A DNA stretch of 64,000 nt from a virus, in the IMG/VR virus record IMGVR_UViG_3300032116_000031, positions 1 through 64,000 of that record, one strand, 5' to 3'. This document shows, one piece after another, positions 60,376 through 64,000 of this stretch. The first letter of the stretch is position 1. Each line of letters opens with the position of its first letter. The notes beneath the pieces were generated by a model. It saw nothing but the letters and a program-made list of their open reading frames with translations, was not told where the DNA came from and searched no databases. The position numbers were made by a program, and so were the translations under genes.

Positions 60376-61563
60376 CTACAAAAGATTTCTATAAATTTCT
60401 GCTCTAATTTTAGTGGTGTCATCTAAATTGAAATTCTTAAAAACATATTGGTAGAGATTTTCTCCCATATCTATTCTCATTTGTTCCGATTCCACTAACT
60501 GCTTAACATATTTCATCCAATTTTTATGCTCTTTTCTGGGATCAACTATTAGGCAATTTTTTTCATGTTCGCCGTCCAAATAAGGCTGAACCCCACTAAC
60601 GATAATGGGCTTCTTCTTAACTCCAGCCTCAAGCATCTTTAAATTACTCTTATAATAATTGAATTTATTATCTTGTAAAGGGGCAAGAGCAATATCGATT
60701 TCATCATAAGATTGACAATATGAATTAATAGGTTTAGTCCATACACGCTTATATTTCATTTGATTCTGATAAGGATAAGGATCTTGAATGAACTCGTGAA
60801 GATACTCTATGAATTTATTGTCTTTAAAAGCATAGTTATCAGTAAACTCTATTTCCATTTTATGCCAAACAGAATTCAAAGCTGTTTCCCTAGCACTATT
60901 GAAGCCACATAACTGCATTTGGATATTCTTATTCATAGTAGAAGACATTACGCCTCTTAACAACTTAATATCTTCCAAATGAGAAGATCCAGCTACATAT
61001 CCAATATTCACAGTTTCATGTGGAATACTATTTATCTGATACTGTTTTTCTTTAAAATTAATAGAGTTAGGCAAGCAAACCACATTCTTATTATACTTTC
61101 TTAAAACATCAACAAAAAATTCTGATGTAGTAGTCACTAAATCTGCTTTCTTAATTGCAGCTAAGGTTTTCTCTTTGAGTTTGATATTTTTTGCAATTGC
61201 ATAATAAGGATGTAAAGCATGATATTCAAAATAATCATCAATATCGACAATTAATTTAATCCCCATGGATTTATATATATCCGTTTGTCTTCCGATAGCT
61301 TCTATTTGCTCTATCACTGAATGATAAAATATCGCGTCAAATTTTTTAACTCTTTCGGTATTTAAAATTTCTCTATCTTCTGCTAATTCAATGTAAAACT
61401 CATCTTTAAATAAGGTTTGGAGCTTAATGTGTGGATCAGATATTCTGTATTTATTGATACCTGAACTAGGGTCATTTAAAAGGAATACTAAAATTTTTTT
61501 TATATTTCTCGACATACAAATTATTTTTAGCAAATATAATAAAAATTGAAAAAGATAACTCAA
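60376..61563 (-). CDS. GT-B glycosyltransferase (likely start 61515)
   Basis: YRI..P, DIDD, ADLVT.TS..., PNSI, IG..A.SSH..D and DIALAPL..N.FN..KS.LK.LEAG motifs. Confidence 0.85.
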   Translation of the reverse strand: MSYLFQFLLYLLKIICMSRNIKKILVFLLNDPSSGINKYRISDPHIKLQTLFKDEFYIELAEDREILNTERVKKFDAIFYHSVIEQIEAIGRQTDIYKSMGIKLIVDIDDYFEYHALHPYYAIAKNIKLKEKTLAAIKKADLVTTTSEFFVDVLRKYNKNVVCLPNSINFKEKQYQINSIPHETVNIGYVAGSSHLEDIKLLRGVMSSTMNKNIQMQLCGFNSARETALNSVWHKMEIEFTDNYAFKDNKFIEYLHEFIQDPYPYQNQMKYKRVWTKPINSYCQSYDEIDIALAPLQDNKFNYYKSNLKMLEAGVKKKPIIVSGVQPYLDGEHEKNCLIVDPRKEHKNWMKYVKQLVESEQMRIDMGENLYQYVFKNFNLDDTTKIRAEIYRNLL

Positions 61564-62106
61564 AAATTTTTATTATTTAGTGGTTTTAGATATTCTTTTT
61601 ATAACGGAAGATCCCTTAATAAACATTGTATAGGGGAATTCACTGTACTGTGGAATTGTGTATATAGACTTCCTTATTATAGGTTTGATTATGAGTTGGA
61701 CGGCGAAATAGAAGAAGAAATAATCGCATTTAAAACAATTGGCTGCTGGATTATTATTTCCAACAGCCAAATACATAAAATCAACTACGAGGAAGAATTA
61801 TTAAACCTTAATCTACCTATTAAAAAAGATAATGAAAACTACGAATTTGTCTATATAATAAATTCGGCGATAGGATATAAAATAGGTAGAACTAAAAACA
61901 TTGATAATAGAAGTGCAATTTTTAATGTTAAATTGCCGTTCGAATGGTCTTTCTATGATATTCACATCGTAAAAGACTCAAAACGAGTTGAAAAATTGTT
62001 CCATTTGGTTTTCAAGAATAAAAGAATAAACGGAGAATGGTATGACCTAAACGCGGAAGATCTAAATGATATTAAACGCTTTTTACAAACTCCATATTCC
62101 CCTTAA
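61546..62106 (+). CDS. GIY-YIG nuclease (T5orf172/MUG113-like)
   Basis: FVYII...YKIGRT....R...E..H..F..KR..GEWY; true start uncertain. Confidence 0.75.
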   Translation: MKKITQKFLLFSGFRYSFYNGRSLNKHCIGEFTVLWNCVYRLPYYRFDYELDGEIEEEIIAFKTIGCWIIISNSQIHKINYEEELLNLNLPIKKDNENYEFVYIINSAIGYKIGRTKNIDNRSAIFNVKLPFEWSFYDIHIVKDSKRVEKLFHLVFKNKRINGEWYDLNAEDLNDIKRFLQTPYSP

Positions 62107-62521
62107 ATAAACTGTTACCTACCTTCAAAAATATAATTTGAGCATCAGAAGAAGAAGATTCACCTAAAATCATTTTATTCTTAAAATATGAATCCAACTC
62201 TTCTCTGATTATAGCTCTAATATTTTCATTCACTGCACTGCTTTCATTTAAACTTTGAGTGTTTTCTATTTCTGGATCCATTCTGAAATCAGTATCCTCT
62301 GGTAAATTAATATCATCCAATATTGATCTATGCTCCCCTTGCTGACCCTCAAATAATATATTTCCATCCATTTTGAAATCATCATCTTTAGACTTCTTAC
62401 TTTTAGTCTTAGATGATTTAGGAGCGCTATTTTCTTTAACTACTGTTTTTTTATTAGGCTTGCTATCATCAATACTAACATCTTTTGAAAGATTGGCTAG
62501 AAAATTATCTATATTACTCAT
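62072..62521 (-). CDS. Hypothetical protein
   Basis: 149 aa with LNE and IR.IIREEL motifs seen in virion proteins. Confidence 0.6.
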   Translation of the reverse strand: MSNIDNFLANLSKDVSIDDSKPNKKTVVKENSAPKSSKTKSKKSKDDDFKMDGNILFEGQQGEHRSILDDINLPEDTDFRMDPEIENTQSLNESSAVNENIRAIIREELDSYFKNKMILGESSSSDAQIIFLKVGNSLFKGNMEFVKSV

Positions 62522-62527
62522 ATTTTA

Positions 62528-62881
62528 CTAATGTTTTTTAATAATGTTTTTTTCTAATGACGATAATCTTCTTTCAAGTAAAGGCATAAAATCTTCTTTT
62601 AATACTTCCAAAATAAGACCTTTTAAGTAGCTATCAATAGGATGATTTTTATTGTTTTCCGATTTATCGTTATTATCTTTGCTTTGTGTTAAAAATGTAG
62701 ATAACAATTCATTTCTATTTATTTTATTAGCCAATGATGATATATATGAATTGTCTATTCCTGCATCACCTTCAATATCAATTTCTTCTTCGTAAATTTC
62801 CATATCCTCTCCATCATCTTCAAATAAGTCTTCATTAATAATTTCATCATTGTTTGAATCAAGTCTTAATTTTCTATTCAT
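62528..62881 (-). CDS. Hypothetical acidic protein
   Basis: 117-aa ORF. Confidence 0.6.
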   Translation of the reverse strand: MNRKLRLDSNNDEIINEDLFEDDGEDMEIYEEEIDIEGDAGIDNSYISSLANKINRNELLSTFLTQSKDNNDKSENNKNHPIDSYLKGLILEVLKEDFMPLLERRLSSLEKNIIKKH

Positions 62882-62882
62882 A

Positions 62883-63317
62883 TTAAAATTTAGATTTTAC
62901 TTTATCGTAAAGTGATTTAACCATAGAAGAGTATTTACCAATTAATGCACTCTTATTCAATGGTATCTTCTTATCAATAGCTCTAAAAAGTTTATCCCCA
63001 TAACGATTATAGTCAGGTCTAACATCAAAGCTCTCACTCTGTGGCTCCCATCTGGTAATTTTGTCTATAACAAATATTTTCCAATCTGGTTGATCCGTTT
63101 GAGTAAAACCACTTCTTTGATAAGCCCTTATAGCTAATTTACCTGTAACAGTTTTACCTATAAGGTATGGTTCAATAAGTCTTTCACCGCCAACAGTATC
63201 ATCATCTCCGATATAATTTATTTTAACAATCTTTCTACCGAAAATACTATCAACGACTTGACTTATCCTAGGTGACTCAACTAAAAGTTCAGTTATGGTA
63301 TCTTTAAAACTTTTCAC
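62883..63317 (-). CDS. Stand-alone WYL-domain protein
   Basis: V.I.Y......R.IEPY.IG......IRAY...WK.F..DKI pattern. Confidence 0.75.
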   Translation of the reverse strand: MKSFKDTITELLVESPRISQVVDSIFGRKIVKINYIGDDDTVGGERLIEPYLIGKTVTGKLAIRAYQRSGFTQTDQPDWKIFVIDKITRWEPQSESFDVRPDYNRYGDKLFRAIDKKIPLNKSALIGKYSSMVKSLYDKVKSKF

Positions 63318-63338
63318 AAATATAGGTAATTTTATTTT

Positions 63339-63656
63339 TTATTGCGCAAAGCAATCGTATTTGTTATCAGGTGTATATTGGTTAACACTAAAAATAGCGT
63401 TTCTACCGCTACCAATTACAGAAGGTAAACCATTAATATCAACTGAACTACCGCCATTATTGGTGTCAAAAGAACCCCCAGTACCCTTTCCTTTTGCATT
63501 AACAGGATCATCAATGGCTCCCATAGCTTGAGTTGCATTTGGATGCGTCTGATCGTATTTCAAACCTGATTGGTCTTGATAAATATTTTTAACCAAAAGG
63601 TCTGTTCTAGTTGCCTTAGCGATTTCTTCTAGTCTTGAACATGTTGTGTTTGCCAT
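63339..63656 (-). CDS. Hypothetical (probable virion) protein
   Basis: 105 aa with HPNA...D..GKGTG and GS..DI.G...GR motifs. Confidence 0.6.
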   Translation of the reverse strand: MANTTCSRLEEIAKATRTDLLVKNIYQDQSGLKYDQTHPNATQAMGAIDDPVNAKGKGTGGSFDTNNGGSSVDINGLPSVIGSGRNAIFSVNQYTPDNKYDCFAQ

Positions 63657-63660
63657 AATA

Positions 63661-63999
63661 TTATTTATTTAATTTTTTGAGTATGTCTTCTGATATATAT
63701 ATTTTCGTTATTTTTTTCTCTGATTCATATATGGGTTTTTCCGTATTAGCCTTACCAGTAACATTTTTTTCATGTTGCTTTATATAAGCATTACTTTTAC
63801 CAGCTAAAGATAGGTTTTCTTTACTCCTTTCAACTGTTCTAGTTAATCTTTCTAATGTTGCAGTAGCCCATTTATAAAAAACATCTCCACCGTGTTCTAA
63901 TTTCTCTCTTGAATTATAAGTCCTATAATTTTTAACTATATTCCTTAAATCGTTATAGCTTATATTCCTATCTTCAATGAAGTTTTTTATCTGTGTGGC
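63661..63999 (-). CDS. Hypothetical protein, 5'-truncated by window edge (not in the ORF track)
   Basis: Open frame ...ISYNDLRNIVK...HGGDVFYKWA...NAYIKQHEK... ending TAA at 63661. Confidence 0.65.
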   Translation of the reverse strand, partial: ATQIKNFIEDRNISYNDLRNIVKNYRTYNSREKLEHGGDVFYKWATATLERLTRTVERSKENLSLAGKSNAYIKQHEKNVTGKANTEKPIYESEKKITKIYISEDILKKLNK

Positions 64000-64000
64000 A

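Larger units (their letters stand above)
542..61705. repeat. Dispersed short motif TGGACGGCG(AAA), at least 36 exact 9-mer copies on both strands
   Basis: + strand starts: 542, 2048, 2604, 2968, 3652, 3787, 4975, 6892, 7890, 8873, 13468, 16642, 18468, 24074, 26659, 32521, 38243, 39263, 41721, 45646, 52955, 53746, 61697. - strand (CGCCGTCCA) starts: 7918, 7936, 14609, 17721, 23252, 28543, 33577, 38369, 40817, 46241, 48884, 56065, 60570. One-mismatch copies at 14783, 15963, 29939, 33747, 52812. Confidence 0.95.

Noticed and set aside
542-61705. Identity of the dispersed motif with the Neisseria DNA uptake sequence (GCCGTCTGAA)
   Set aside because: Only GCCGTC is shared. The CTGAA part is replaced by CCA, and promoter evidence points to Bacteroidota. 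Kept as an analogy only.
542-61705. The motif as a CRISPR repeat, promoter or ribosome-binding site
   Set aside because: It is too short and irregularly spaced for CRISPR. It is mostly intragenic, in both orientations relative to transcription and at no fixed distance from starts.
13415-63531. Short antisense or alternative-frame ORFs within long genes (e.g. 13415, 15305, 16512, 22468, 24073, 36514, 44273, 49592, 56722, 57737, 63295)
   Set aside because: They largely or fully overlap well-supported genes and lack motifs or expression signals.
1-64000. tRNA/rRNA genes, introns, inteins or stop-codon reassignment
   Set aside because: Intergenic gaps are too short or lack cloverleaf signatures, no intein motifs were noticed, and coding density is high under the standard code.

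Overview
A 64-kb, AT-rich, densely coded segment of a large tailed (myovirus-like, probably jumbo) phage genome. The host is most likely Bacteroidota, based on TAnnTTTG promoters and the lack of obvious Shine-Dalgarno sites. 1-11.9 kb: three long, mosaic tail-fibre-like genes on the + strand. 12-64 kb: mostly - strand genes, including ferritin, nucleotide-metabolism enzymes, two phage sigma factors, an Mre11/Rad50-PD-(D/E)xK-RuvC recombination block, a baseplate operon, four glycosyltransferases, dUTPase and a WYL protein. The most striking signal is not a gene. A GC-rich, non-palindromic motif, core TGGACGGCG (consensus about KTGGACGGCGAAA), occurs at least 36 times by manual count, against about 0.03 expected by chance. 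It lies on both strands, in four different reading frames of unrelated genes (written with otherwise rare codons) and in intergenic gaps, one of which it fills exactly. It looks like a genome-wide DNA tag (uptake-sequence/Chi/parS-like) of unknown function. All annotations come from motif recognition by eye; no database searches were run.
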